A stretch of DNA of 64,000 bases from Eukaryota sp. GEM-RC1 (taxonomy: Eukaryota), in contig JAUFOQ010000018.1 of NCBI GenBank assembly GCA_040285855.1, positions 124,001-188,000 on the forward strand, in the 5' to 3' direction. Below the pieces are notes generated by a model. The model was not told the origin of the DNA, did no database searches, and was given only the letters and a program-made list of their open reading frames with translations. This document shows positions 11,751 to 24,479 of the stretch, piece after piece. Position 1 is the first letter of the stretch. Each line of letters begins with the position of its first letter. A program made the position numbers and the translations under genes.

Positions 11751-12690
11751 AAGATTCTAAATATTCTGCATAGTCGCGAGGGATATCGTTCATCGATCAC
11801 TTTTCCATATATTCGTAAAATCGACTGGGTCAATTCGATCACGGGAAAAGAAAACAACTACAAGATACAAAAGCGTTTCTTTCGGTATATTGATTCGAAA
11901 TATGGACCTTTGTCTTCAACATTCATCGTGTGTGGAAATTGAATTATAATCGGCTGAACATATCTGTTTTGTTTGTACATCTAACACATTATGAACATCT
12001 TCCAACTGTTAAACAGGGATATGTGTCTTAAAGTCCATTGGTTTCTTAACAGTAGAGGCTTCTATGATGTTGGTTTGATTCCAGAGATAGAACTCTTTGT
12101 CACATCGAAAACGACACTGCTTAAGTACTTTGAACTATAGCTTCAAGCCACGTATAACGCTGAAAAGCTAATCCTTAAGAAATTATTCGATTTCAAGATA
12201 CGGATGCAACCCTATGGGGCAAGATTCTAAATATTCTGCATAGTCGCGAGGGATATCGTTCATCGATCACTTTTCCATATATTCGTAAAATCGACTGGGT
12301 CAATTCGATCACGGGAAAAGAAAACAACTACAAGATACAAAAGCGTTTCTTTCGGTATATTGATTCGAAATATGGACCTTTGTCTTCAACATTCATCGTG
12401 TGTGGAAATTGAATTATAATCGGCTGAACATATCTGTTTTGTTTGTACATCTAACACATTATGAACATCTTCCAACTGTTAAACAGGGATATGTGTCTTA
12501 AAGTCCATTGGTTTCTTAACAGTAGAGGCTTCTATGATGTTGGTTTGATTCCAGAGATAGAACTCTTTGTCACATCGAAAACGACACTGCTTAAGTACTT
12601 TGAACTATAGCTTCAAGCCACGTATAACGCTGAAAAGCTAATCCTTAAGAAATTATTCGATTTCAAGATACGGATGCAACCCTATGGGGC
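11751..12690. repeat. Tandem duplication, 2 x 470 bp
   Basis: 11751-12220 and 12221-12690 appear identical on reading. Confidence 0.95.
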
Positions 12691-13316
12691 ATCATGTCGT
12701 GATCTCAACAAATGCTGCTGCTACCCATGAACAATATTGGAGCACCTATGTGGAAAATAACGCAATGGAAGATCATGATTTTGATATTGTGAACCCAGAT
12801 ATGTGGTTATATTAAAAGTTTATTGTTGTACTCATTTGATGAATTTTAAAAAATCATTATACAAAACGAAGTTGTTGCATCATATACGATGCAGCTACAA
12901 CAATAGATCTAGTTGAAAAATAAAATTGACATTATTTGTTCAACACGCAGACCAGAAGCCAACTGGTCAAAACTCTGGAATGCAAAGTGAAAGCATTAGA
13001 AGAGGAGAATACTGAGCTGAATGGGTTGATCAAGGAGCTTAAAAATGAAATCGAAATCAACCACTCCCAACAACCACCTGAAGGGCAAGCTGCAGCTCTC
13101 CAACTGAAAGAATTCTAGAGAATTCTCGTCTGCTCGCTGTAGTAAAAGAGCAAGGACGCCGAATTAAATCTCTGGAGCTAGGACTTGAGCTTAAAGACTT
13201 TTTCATCCAGCGACAATGTAAAACAAAATTGGATCGGCTCGCAGAAGAATTCAAGAGCAGTAAAAATAAAAATAGCTGCTGATCTTATTTATCTGAATTA
13301 ATACAAACTATATTCA

Positions 13317-13680
13317 TTGATGGCTAAAGGTAGTTTAAAACGTGTTATAATCTGTCAACCTCGAATCCTTCCGGTTAAAAAGCTTTCAGATTTCCTTAAT
13401 GATTTGGGTACTGAAAAGTACATTGATTCCAAATTGGTGGGATTTCGTACAGGAAAAGAGAACATCGACATTGTTACTGGTCTTTATAGATATATTGAAA
13501 CCCAAACTGCTGTATTTACTTGCAGATTTTTGACCCAACCAGTCAAATCTCATAAGTTTACTACAATTATGGTTGATGAAATTCACGAACGCAAAACGGA
13601 TATTGATATTCTTCTAACTCAACTTAAAACTTTATATAAAACACTTTCACCATTCTGAATTGTCATTTGTTCAGCAATTT
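13317..13680 (+). pseudogene. DEAH-box RNA helicase fragment
   Basis: Motif Ia IICQPR, VGFRTG, motif II VDEIHERKTDIDILL, then a stop and IVICSA (motif III). No motif I or C-terminal domain is visible. Confidence 0.7.
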
Positions 13681-13919
13681 TGGAAAGTCCCAATCGTTGT
13701 TTACTAAATATTTAACTGAAGGCAGGTGTTCGAATATTGTTGAATTATCTTACCCAATCAAAACCTCAGGGATATCAAATCTAATTGGTGGTTATTGACT
13801 ACTTTGGCGAGTTTAAAGCCTTTATACTTGCAGCACAATTTACATCTTGTGTTAAATCAATTCTGGATTGCAAATATGTATATCTTGAATTAACTTTTTT
13901 CCTATTTATCTTTGTGTGA

Positions 13920-14855
13920 ACTTTGGTTTTTTTAAAAAACTACCTCTGTTTTGTGAGAAAACAAAATGAAACAATAATAGGTCACTATAAGTCAAGAAGA
14001 GATTCTGAGTAGCTAAAATTACTTTTTCCACTGAATAGAATCACTAAAAGACAGACATTTTAAAAAATTAGAAATCAAAAATAACAAAAGACAGAAAGTT
14101 ATTCCCGAAACACAATTCGTGTAGAAACATTTCATTGTCCAAGTGAAAAGTGAAAACGCAAAAATGTAATTAAATAATTTCCAAAAGTGGTTTAAATTGT
14201 TTAAGAATTTCAATTCTTGTCCTGCTCTGAGCAACAATGTTTTGGAAACAACCAGTATTATCCAAAAATTAGTTTAGGTAGGTTCTAAACTATCCGTATT
14301 GACTCTTAAACAATCACGTGATTTGGTAATCAAGTGATTGTTAGAAGAGATCATGGTGAGAGCAGTGGAGAGATACCTTTGTGGATAACAAATATCTCTT
14401 AACAAGAGAATATCTCTCAAACGGGGGAAGTAAAGAGATGATGATAGAAAAGAAGGATGATAGATGAAAAGGGACAAACGAACAACGAGCAGGGATTTGT
14501 TCCAACAAGAAGCAGGAGAGACCATCACGTGTTAGAAGAGATCATGGAGGGTGGGATGTGAGAGAACCTGGGAAAGAGGAAGACTTTCTTAGATCAGAAG
14601 CACTAGCAACGAAGAGCAAGGAACACATGGAAAGGATGATTGTTCGAGATCGGACACGAAGTAAGAGAGAAGATGAAGATGTTTTGATGGAAGAAACGGC
14701 GAGCAATCACGGTCCCCTTCAATCCCCTTTAGTTATGGGAGTATATCTTAGGTATTTGGATCTTCCTTTCCAGTTCAAGAAGGGTAGGAAAAGTCACATT
14801 ATAAGCGTTAAAGCGACGCAAGAGGTTCTACGGAAGGGCACCGGGAGGTTGTACC
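13920..14855 (+). repeat. Dispersed ~1-kb repeat of unknown class
   Basis: Inverted match to 1270-2255. Its 3' part is repeated again at 25911-26280. Confidence 0.85.
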
Positions 14856-15219
14856 ATTTGCCCTAGTGTATCAAGAAGAGAATTGATGAAAACAAATTGT
14901 TTTTGTAATATAAAACTAGACGCCCTTTTCCGTAAATTTACTAAATTGGCCACATCACAATGTGCGCAAATCTTTGATACTTAACGTACGTACGCGTACG
15001 AATCCGTACTACCAATTTATTTTATCCCTACAGAAGTCATTTGATTCTATATAAAGCCGATTTATAAATGGTCTAAATGGATTTACCAGTACTGTTTTTG
15101 GAATGGAGCTTCATTCACTCGTCAAACTCAGTACCATTACAATTTGCTTCTGCATCTTCTAATCGTTTAGAAATACAATCTGTTGGCAAATTCGTAATTT
15201 AAGGAACAAAAACACAAAT

Positions 15220-15800
15220 ACTAGAACTCAATATCATTCAAGCAACAATCATTGCCATTAAAACTCACATCAGCTTTTTCTTCATAAAAAACACTGAGAG
15301 CTAATAGAGCTTTTGAAATCATGATAGGAATTGTTGTAAATATTGTAAAAACAATACGATTCAACCAAAACTTGAGCTCAAGTTTCTTGTTCATTCTTTT
15401 TTGACCACTTTCTCAAAATCAGAGAGAAAACAAAGAGCATCTTTACCAAGTCGAACATAAATTGAAATCGCAAAAGGAAATAATTTGAACTCAACATGTC
15501 TAGTATGTTTGAGAGAAGTCAATGGTACATCATATTTGTTTCTCTTGTATTGTTCTGAAAAATCAAGTGGAGACACTTCTTTAGTTCATTTTTGGCATCC
15601 TTAAATGCACCTTTTTCTGCAAACATCCACAGTAATCACATCAACAACCGTTAGTTCATCAATAACTGATGGAACTTTGACATCAGCTCTTCTTTTGCCA
15701 GAAGTCTTATCAGAATCACTATTTTTTAAATTATTGAATTCCAGTGATATCAACAGTGGCTCAACAAAAGATTCGATTTTATAGGACTGACACATGGCAT
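15220..15800 (-). mobile_element. CRE-like non-LTR remnant, restriction-like endonuclease domain and 3' tail
   Basis: SFVEPLL...GKRRADV...VVDVITVDVC...EQYKRNKY...FKLFPFAISIYVRLG, matching the RLE pattern EP..RxD..D..K..Y. Confidence 0.75.
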
Positions 15801-16700
15801 GAATTTGATAATCTGTGGGTTCTTGAGACCTTCACTATTTTTATATCTCGTGATTACGTAGTAGTCACTCGTTAAACGCATTGTGATTCAGAAACAGCAC
15901 CATTGTTGATTTCATGCAATTGATGAGCATCATATGTAACATTGTCATTTTGGTACAGTTGTGGTCAGCAAATGATGTACCCTAAATTTGAATAAGTGTG
16001 ACAATCACGATCTTGATACCATGAGTATTGCGTACTGGAAGAATGTATGACGATGGAAACTGTTAAAATCTCACATTGGATTATCATGTTCAAGAAAGTA
16101 TTAATTTATTTAGACGGTCAAACGTTCAGTAGCGGTACACGTACTGTACGCTACGGCTGAAATTGCTCTGGCACAAGACATTTGCGTTCCTTGCTACAGC
16201 ATCAGTCCTTGATTGACAACTTCCAAGAAACTGTCTTATCATTGATACATTCCTGGTGTCTCAATGGGGTTTCAGTTCCCCAGGACTGTTTTTGACTTGC
16301 GCACCAAAACGCACTCTTGAAGAAATGACATCGTTATTCTGGTTTCAAACTGCTTAATTAGTTTAGGGTCGAAAACAGACCTAAGAATATATTTCGAAAA
16401 TATCAAACATTTTTGTTTAAAAAACATTGTTGAAAGAAGCCAATTTAAAGAAAACAGAAACCAACGTTAAAAAATGCCGAAATGAGTTGAATTTTAGGAA
16501 CATCTTTTCAATGAATGTCAGATGTCTGACGACGTCTATTTTAGTTGTTCCAATGACTTAGAGAAACTTGGTTTAAAATCCCCATTGCACTCTTATTTAA
16601 ACCAGTCTGCTTGTCGTTTACAATGCCTAAAGGGGCGAAGGGACATGCGTAATAATTGTACAATTATATTTATTTCACATTTATTTTTGGCACTATTTGA

Positions 16701-17350
16701 TAGGATTGGTGGTCGGCCCAATTTAGGGCGGCTGAGCCGGCTTCTTAGCCAGCGGGTCCAAATATTTAGTGAATTTCTTTGGCCCGAGCCGGTTGGCCCT
16801 AAGTTGTTGATGGCTGGCCCTGGGATATGATTTAACCGGCCCTAGCCGGCTAAATGTCGAATTATGTGTTGATAAACTCGCTTTATATATTCATCTGTTA
16901 CACTATTTTTTGATGTCTTCATTATATTGGAACTTGAACAGTTGAGATTTGATACTACTATTAGTAATATCAATATTTTAGAGGCTTCTACATGTGGATT
17001 TCTTTTGGTTTTCAGATTGTTTCACCTCTTTGTATTCACATATGTCCTCACCTAATGATTCATACCAAAAGAAATAATCTCCTCTACAGATACTATTATT
17101 CAATCACAATCTGCTTCTGGACCTATTCCGTCTGCTTCAGCTCCTCCTTCTTATAATATTAGGCCTGAGATCTTGTATTCTAACATTGTAGTTTCTGCAA
17201 TAAATAATTACTAAAGACACAAACGATTTACACAATTTAAACAAGTAGTTACTCAAATGAAATAATTTGAGTTATTATGCCTGCTTAAGCCGGCCGGCCA
17301 GCAGTGAATGGCCGACCCGAGAGCAAAATGTGGGGCCGCCGCCATCCCTT
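16701..17350. mobile_element. Degenerate hAT-like MITE
   Basis: Imperfect TIRs TAGGATTGGTGGTCGGCCC / GGGGCCGCCGCCATCCCTT, with GC-rich GCCGG subterminal motifs around an AT-rich core. The flanks CTATTTGA / CGTATTGA resemble a decayed 8-bp TSD. Confidence 0.6.
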
Positions 17351-17809
17351 CGTATTGATGTTCAAATTATTTAAAATTATTTTGCGAGAGGGCCTGTTTT
17401 GAACCCTTCTTTGAATTACGACATATATATGCGATGATGTAGAGGTATTTCTATTTTCTTTGCTAACCGAAAATCTTCTTTATTTGTAATTGTAAATTAA
17501 ATGCGTTTTTGTCGGTATATGAGTTTCTGGATGAATAAGAACGTCATTTGTGTTTCTGTGACAGTCTTATTAGCATAGAACCAATTTGTACGATAATAGT
17601 AGGCAGCTCAAATATTTGACGTGAGTTCAAGTACAATATTTGGGATCATGTGTTCGAATGTAACAGTAAGCTTTCATCGGATGAATCATTAATTTGGAAG
17701 GCAGTTCCTTCCAAATTTATGATCCTGGATGATTCAAGGTCAACAAAGTAACAGCTTGAGAACTTGTCAAGACTTTACTCGTAGTCAAACTTTATTACAG
17801 AGTATATAC

Positions 17810-18735
17810 TAGAGCTGTCAAACGGTTCGGCTCAAGCCGAGGACCGAACGACTTGAGCCAAGTCACATCCAAATTTGGCTTGGCTTACTCAAATGGCTAA
17901 AGCCAAAGCCAAACCATTTTGGAATTCTACAAACCAACCCATATGGCTCAAGCCGCGGCTTGAACTTTCTTCGAACACTAAAAAAAGTAAATGAACAAGT
18001 TGACCAAGTTCAGAACATACAAGTCGTCTCATAAGACAAACAAAGAAATCAAGTACAGTATATACAAATATCACATCCATAATTGTGATCATTATTAATA
18101 TTCTTTGTTCGGTAATTCTCTCACACACATGACTGAAAAATCACCAAGGAATTCTTACGTTTCTCACCACTTCCCGCAGACGGTCATGAGATTATAGTAG
18201 AAGAAGATCAATTTCAAAGGTACAAGCGTATATATCCAAACGATATTAAATCATGTCCGCTTATGTAGTAGAAACTGCGCATTGAGGAGTGTCCAACTTT
18301 GGACAGAGAATTCTTTGACATTCCTGTAACTTCAATTCCCTGTGAAAGGGTTTTTCCGTTGCTGGCCATATTAAGTGCAAAAGAGATCATCACTTGATGA
18401 CGAATCTTTAACTTAGTTAACGCTTAAAGGATTGGCTCAATAATGACTATGAATTAGTTGATTGTAGTGATGACGAAAACGATGAATCTGCTCATTCTTT
18501 AGACGCACCAGACATCAAGGTGTTCATCCACCTTTGTACCAAAGTTTGCGAGGAGTTTCTTCAATAGAGACAATTACAAAATATTTGTATATTCAAGCCG
18601 ATAAATAATCGACTTGGCTCGGTTTCAAGTCGACTTGTCACTTTGGCTTGGCTTACTCAAATGACTCAAGCTAAAGCCGAGCCACTTTGGAATTTTACAA
18701 GCCATGGCATATGGCTCAAGCCATTGACAGCTCTA
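17810..18735 (+). mobile_element. Non-autonomous hAT element
   Basis: Perfect TIR TAGAGCTGTCAA / TTGACAGCTCTA with GGCTCAAGCC subterminal repeats. Internal remnant FDIPVTSIPCERVFSVAGH. The TSD is not conserved. Confidence 0.85.
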
Positions 18736-18789
18736 GAACATGTAGGTTTAATTTCGGAAATTCAATTTCTACCACTAGCAGACACTTCC

Positions 18790-21368
18790 ATGGATTGTTT
18801 CATCTGCTTTGAACCTTTTAACCTTTCTATACACTCCCCGTTACTTCTCTGTGATCTGGGACATACCGCTTGTGCTCAATGTGCTTCATCTATAAAGAGT
18901 TGTCCCATATGTCGTCAAGATTCTCCCCTCGAGAAGAATCCCAATTTCGCCCTCAAAAACCTTGTTCAAGCTGCTCTTGATGGAGATCTCTGTCCTGAAA
19001 TCACATCAGATCAAATCGATCTTCTTGATAAAATCGATGAAGGAGGTTGTGCTGTTGTCTACGCTGCCGAATGGTTCAAGCTCCCAGTTGCTGTTAAAAT
19101 GGTATCCCTGACTGAAAAGGAAGAATCAAACTCAAGAAGGAGATGAACCTTCTTGTTCAACTAAATCACCCTGCTGTTCTCCGTGTCTATGGTCTCTGCT
19201 CTTGGGAAGATCGCTTCGGAATCGTAATGGAAAGAGCTTCTTCTTCCCTCCCCCTCCCCCAACTTTTTTCTCTTCTCTGACAGTTGACTATGCCAAGCAA
19301 CTCTGCCAAGGAATAAGCTATCTCCATAGTAAGTCTGTTGTTCATGGAGATCTAAAGCCAGGAAATGTTTTAATTGTTGATGATAGAATTCGAATTGCTG
19401 ATTTTGGAACTTCTAGAAATATTGAAATTACTTCAACAGTACCAAGATCTGGAACAATGACTGTTCGATATGCCGCTCCTGAGCAATTTGATAACAAGAT
19501 CTCTCCTCAAAGTGACATCTATTCTCTTGGAATTATTTTATATGAATTGTTGCAAAATCAAGAGGCGTTTCAAGGAATGAACCAATATGCTATTATGGGT
19601 GCTAAATATGGTGGAAAACCATTGCCTTTTGATAGATCATTGCCTTCAAGTTTAAGTAACGTCATCAATCAATGTCTTCAATCTGATCCAATTCTTCGAC
19701 CTAAAATTTCACAAATTATTGATATTCTGGAAAATTTAAATCTTGTTGAACCTCAATCTGACGGTAATCTAGGAGGTAAATCCAATCTCATCAATTCTGA
19801 TCACTGTTCTGAATCACTTTCCTCTAAAACTCATCAAGAAGTTCAAACCGGTGAACCGTATCATTCAACTTCAGAATTCCTTGACTTAAAAGAAAAGAAC
19901 AAAACCCTTGAAATACAAAGTCGTCTTTTAACTGGAAGCAAATGACAAACTTTTATTAGAAACGGATTCGTTGAATTCTAAATTGGTTTCCTCAAAGAAT
20001 ACTTTGAAGCAGTTCGAAAACTTAAAACTGAAACACAACAAAATGTTAGAACAATATCGGGGTCTTCAACAAGATAACTGTTGTTTAGCTGAAACAGTTG
20101 GTCAACTTCAATCCGATGGTCATAACTTAAAAACAATAAGTTCTATTTCAGAAGAAAACCGTTCTCTCAAAGAACTGAATTCTCAGCTGAAAGACAAGGT
20201 TGAACAGTATGAACTTAAAATATGCTCTTTGATTGCTCGGCAGTCTACTAGTCAAAAAGATGATGTCAAAGAACCTAAAACTCCAACTCAATCACCTCCC
20301 TCAGTTAATTCACCATCACCATCATTACCTAATCGCAACTCTGTGGGCGTTTCCGATTTGCTTAGTATCAAACAATCTTTACAATCTTTAGATTACAGTG
20401 GTTTTCCCGTGTTATCAAAGATACTTAAAGGACTAGATCAAAATATACGTGATCCTCACTTAACTTCTGCTGCTGTAGCTGCTCATGGTCTTCTTCAATC
20501 GTCTAGTTGTCCTCTTATTCAAGCTCTGGATCTCATTCGGTCAAATAGTGTTCCCTTTGCTCTCAAACTTCTTCAAGGGTCGTTGAACTTCAATTCTGAG
20601 TATATTGTTGCTGAAGCAATGGTATTGATATTGAAAATTCGTCGAGATTTCCCCATTGTTGAATTCGAATTCCGCGGTAATATTAATTTCAATCGTACCT
20701 TCTCAAATCCTCAACTGACTAGAATTGTTTCCCAGTATTTAGAAGAGTTCAATCAACAGTTTAAACCAGTCTCTGCAATCAGTCCTAATGTCCATACTCC
20801 TCCAGTATCACCTAAAGAGAAACTACTCAAACTGGAAAGAATCATTACTGATTGGGTGAATCAGTACAAACTTTCACGGGAAGAAACTAATTTTTTAAGG
20901 ACAAAGTTGAATTATTTAAAAGAGAGTCCCAATGTACCCGTGAAAGTGTTTTTGAACTTTTAGGTGTAAATCCAAATGTTCCACGTGATAAGATGATAGT
21001 CAACATTAATATACACGTTCGTGATAATGAAGGATTGCGAATTGAATCCCGAATAGAACGTGGCTCAAGAACTGTTTTTCCCTTTACGGCATTGTATCCT
21101 GCAAAAATACTTCAATTGTGGCACCTTATGTTCTAAACGATAATCTATTTCGTTGCTTGGTAAATTCTGGCCACACAATTGTATATCATCTTGTCAAATG
21201 TACTATTAAGAACATTTCAAGGTCAGCACCGATTAAAGTTAATTTAGATCCTGGTAGTTCAACTTATACGTCACCTGATACTAAATATGCAACCATTACC
21301 GTTTCCTTGTGTACACCTCCTCTTTTCCTCATGAACTCATTGATCTAATTGAACGTTTTTTTCATTAG
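18790..21368 (+). CDS. RING-finger / TKL-like protein kinase with coiled coil, helical region and variable C-terminal domain (copy 1, ~860 aa after fixing homopolymer indels)
   Basis: RING-HC CFIC..CDLGHTACAQC..CPICR. Kinase motifs EGGCAVVY, VAVK, HGDLKPGN, DFG, APE, DIYSLG. The ORF pieces join by 1-bp shifts, e.g. GTACCCGT at ~20937 restores PNVPRESVFELLGVNPNVPRDKM. Confidence 0.85.
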
Positions 21369-21586
21369 ATTTAATTAATGCTAAGATGCTGCGATTTAAT
21401 GAGGAATATTGGTTGAAGTTTTTGTCATTTTATTACTGTAGTATCCTATCTTATTTTAAATTCACGTACAGTCTACCCTCTGAATAGCAGAAATGCGGAA
21501 TATATAAATGTATTGTACGATATTATGATAAACAACGCATTTATGTGCGGAAAAAAACACACAAGAAGAAAACAACAGATAAATAC

Positions 21587-22373
21587 TAGGACTGTCCAGG
21601 TTCGGGTTCTAACCTGGGTTCGGACCCAGGTTCCAGGTTAGGTTCCATTCAGGTTCCCAATACTGAGGTTCCGGTTCCAGTTAGGTTCCCAACACTAAGG
21701 TTCCAGGTTAGAACCTCGAACCCCTTTTTCCTTCATTTAGTATGTTCAACTTTGTTCTATTAGTAAAATTATTAAATCATATCTTTCCCCTATAAGTAAT
21801 ATTGATGCACCTGACGTAGAACCTCTTCACGTCGACTCTTCCCCTTCGCCTGCTCCTCCTCCGAATCCACCAAGACAATCATCATCACAATCAAACTGGA
21901 TGTATAACTATAATTGGGTTTGGTGTCTTTTCTTCAGTATTTTATGACACAAATAAAAACTAATTCATTATATGCTATTAGGTTGAGCTTTGTTTCCTGC
22001 TGAATTACTCAAAAATTCTGAATGTGTGTGTAGCCACCGTCACAATGCAACTTTTAGACATGAAATTATTCACCAAATTCAGTTTCGTTCTGTTCTTCAT
22101 AATGCTGTCAGAGATGTGTCTAGTGTTTCATGGCTTTTATTTTCATATTGATTTTTGTGCCCTTCATCGATAAACATTGTTTTTCATTGTATCTTATTAA
22201 AGTCGGGTTCTAAAAGTTCCCAGGTTCTAACCCCGCAGGTTCAGGTTCCAGCCAGGTTCTGAGATAAGAGGTTTAGGTTCCAGTCAGGTTCTAAGATAAG
22301 AGGTTCCGGTTCCAGTTAGGTTCTGATAACAGAGGTTCGGATTAGAACCAAAACCCGAACCTGGACAGTCCTA
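21587..22373. mobile_element. hAT-type MITE
   Basis: 22-bp perfect TIR TAGGACTGTCCAGGTTCGGGTT. Exact 8-bp TSD ATAAATAC at 21579-21586 and 22374-22381. Many AGGTTC subterminal repeats. Confidence 0.95.
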
Positions 22374-22381
22374 ATAAATAC

Positions 22382-23770
22382 ACACTATTAAAGCACCACC
22401 GAATTCCGACAAGTAGTTGCCTCCAAACAGCTTGGACAAAATGGAATCAACAAATCTAAACATAGACTTGGAAAACGAAAAGCAAATCTAATCTTCCAGT
22501 ACGATCTGGTAAACTTCTTACCAAATTCTGAACACAAATTTTCAAACAAATTTGAAAAGTCCTTAGTAAAAGAACCGAAATTTCGGTACAAAGAAACATC
22601 AAAAGGCTGAAAGACGATATTATTGTGTCTTCGTGAATTCAATGCAGCAACTTGATGTACGTGCGTTGACTCTTTAGCGTTCTCAGCGTCCTTCCGTGGA
22701 TCATTTGAAGTATTCAAAATAGTGGCAATAGCAGAAGCTTTTCAAGGATCAACGGTCGTAAAAGCAACAACAATTTCTTGGCACGACAACCAAGGGCCAA
22801 TAAAATCACCACGTTTCTGAGCAGAATCAGGGCGAACTGAAAGATGAGAAAGTAACGGACCAACTTTGACATGGAAACAATTCCCCTTGAACATTTACAA
22901 ACATGTATCTCCAAGCAAAATTGAACGACAATATATGAACTTTGAACAATTGACCAAATGATGAAAGCTAGCCTTATGTTTTTTTACAGATACACATGCT
23001 GTTCTGTAACAAACCAAATGGCCAAAAACCTAAACGAAGACTCATGTTAACAAGTATATTCATGATCTTTTAGAAAAACATCTCCCCGGCAATTGAGTAA
23101 TGAAAGTAGATGCTGAGTCACTACTCATGTCTTGTAAAAATGCACAGAAAGCGGGACTTTTAACTTTAACCAAGAAAATGCAGTTAGTATGGCACAAGCT
23201 CTCATGAAAAGATACAAATTTCTTCTATAACTTTCTAACAATTTAGAGAAGGGAAAAAACACACCTTGAGATATTGTGATATGTTATCATATTGCAGTGG
23301 TCGAAGACACGTTTTGACACGCAAACGGTGTCTTTTCAAATACAACACACAAAGCCAACCATATTTTGTTTGTAAAAAAGCTAGAGAACTGTAAAAGTTC
23401 CCTTTTATTTCCTTTGGTATCATTTGACTTGAATATTGTTCTATAGTCTTTCCACAATAAATTGCATAGCCAGAAAAAAGTATCCAAAATACTTACAAAA
23501 TACGCTATCAATCTCTGTTTCCAAGATCCAGTGATGAGAAGTCAGAGAAGTGTTGCCTTAAGGTAAACGTTGTTACGAATAGAAGAATCAAGAAGTTTAT
23601 TGTTGCAAGAGATCCTTAAGAATAGATGCCACGTCATCAGAGTTGAAGATATCTACTAGGTATCGTTATCTTCACTAACAGAAGGGAAGAATTGACTCAA
23701 AACAACTTTATTAAATGCACTGCGGATCAGAAACTGTTTTTCAAAAAAAACGGCGCGAAATTTTCATCAG
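22382..23770 (-). mobile_element. CRE-like non-LTR retrotransposon remnant (knuckle + RLE)
   Basis: SPAFCAFLQDMSSDSASTFITQLP and DAENAK...LNSRRHNNIVFQPFDVSLYRNFG...YWKIRFAF. Homologous to 1-400 and 24480-25110. Confidence 0.7.
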
Positions 23771-23812
23771 TGTATTAACACCGATATGATTAAATTTAAA
23801 AAAAACATACAG

Positions 23813-23842
23813 TACAGTCTACCCTCCCATTACTAGACTGTA
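23813..23842. repeat. TA-flanked mini-hairpin with pogo-like ends
   Basis: TACAGTCTA-CCCTCCCATTAC-TAGACTGTA. The same left end, TACAGTCTACCCTC, occurs at 21467. Confidence 0.45.
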
Positions 23843-24479
23843 GTAAATTTCGAACACTGTCTTTTGTGACATATATCTCAACAATATATTTACAGTAACC
23901 CGAAAACTCAACTTATAATATGTATTGCATTAAGATATGATAAGTCAAGAACAATCTTCTTCTTTCTGTATCCTGATTATATCTTCATGTCATTATTAAA
24001 TCGAGTATATCAGAGCAACATTTGTGTTGAAACATTTGTCATTTGCATTCCAAGGAAGAACCATGTAGTCGCTGAAATTAAACGCGTACGGATCTCGATT
24101 CTTCCATTAGTCCTTCTATTTCTCTATGAATTTGGTTTTGTTCTTTAGCTTCGTGTTTGTTATTTATAGCTTCTTGTTGGTTCCCCCCATAAACACGATT
24201 CATTAAGGTTGTTTATCATAAATATATCTTCCGCCCATGTACAAGGTTATAGCGTTGGTTTAGACCATGTGCTATGTTCTTTAAGGAGAGTTCTCCCAAA
24301 ATCAAAGTTTTTCAAACCTGAATTTGTTGTATAAGGAAAGTGATTGATTAACATAGTTGCGAATCACAAAATTTGACTTTGTGATTTTGTGAGTCACAAC
24401 AACCACGTCAAACATCACATCACAAGCAATATTTTTCTGATACAATATCACAATATCACAGTGATTGAACAAAATTTAT

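Larger units (their letters stand above)
14486..21006 (+). repeat. Segmental duplication, copy 1 (6.5 kb)
   Basis: Matches 25911-32412 from CGAGCAGGGATTTG to GATAGTCAACAT. I counted about ten substitutions, a few 1-2 bp indels, one ~39-bp indel and one 15-bp indel. Confidence 0.97.

Noticed and set aside
14558..14866. 102-aa ORF as a real gene (also 25983-26291)
   Set aside because: It has a GTG start and lies in a dispersed repeat whose other copy (1270-1610) does not keep the frame.
14983..16152. CGTAC-rich patches as a paired transposon end
   Set aside because: I could not define matching TIRs or a TSD.
18643..18789. 49-aa N-terminal extension of the RING-kinase shown in the ORF track
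   Set aside because: It starts at a TTG inside the hAT terminus. The paralog at 25204 starts directly at the RING.
20934..20963. Intron before the C-terminal domain (GT...TTTTAG)
   Set aside because: The candidate donors I tried all splice into GTG TAA (stop). One extra C in GTACCCGT restores a frame containing an internal PNVPR repeat.
21587..22373. CRISPR-like array in the AGGTTC repeats (also 50676-50843)
   Set aside because: These are transposon subterminal repeats and a coding minisatellite. There is no regular repeat-spacer structure and no cas gene.
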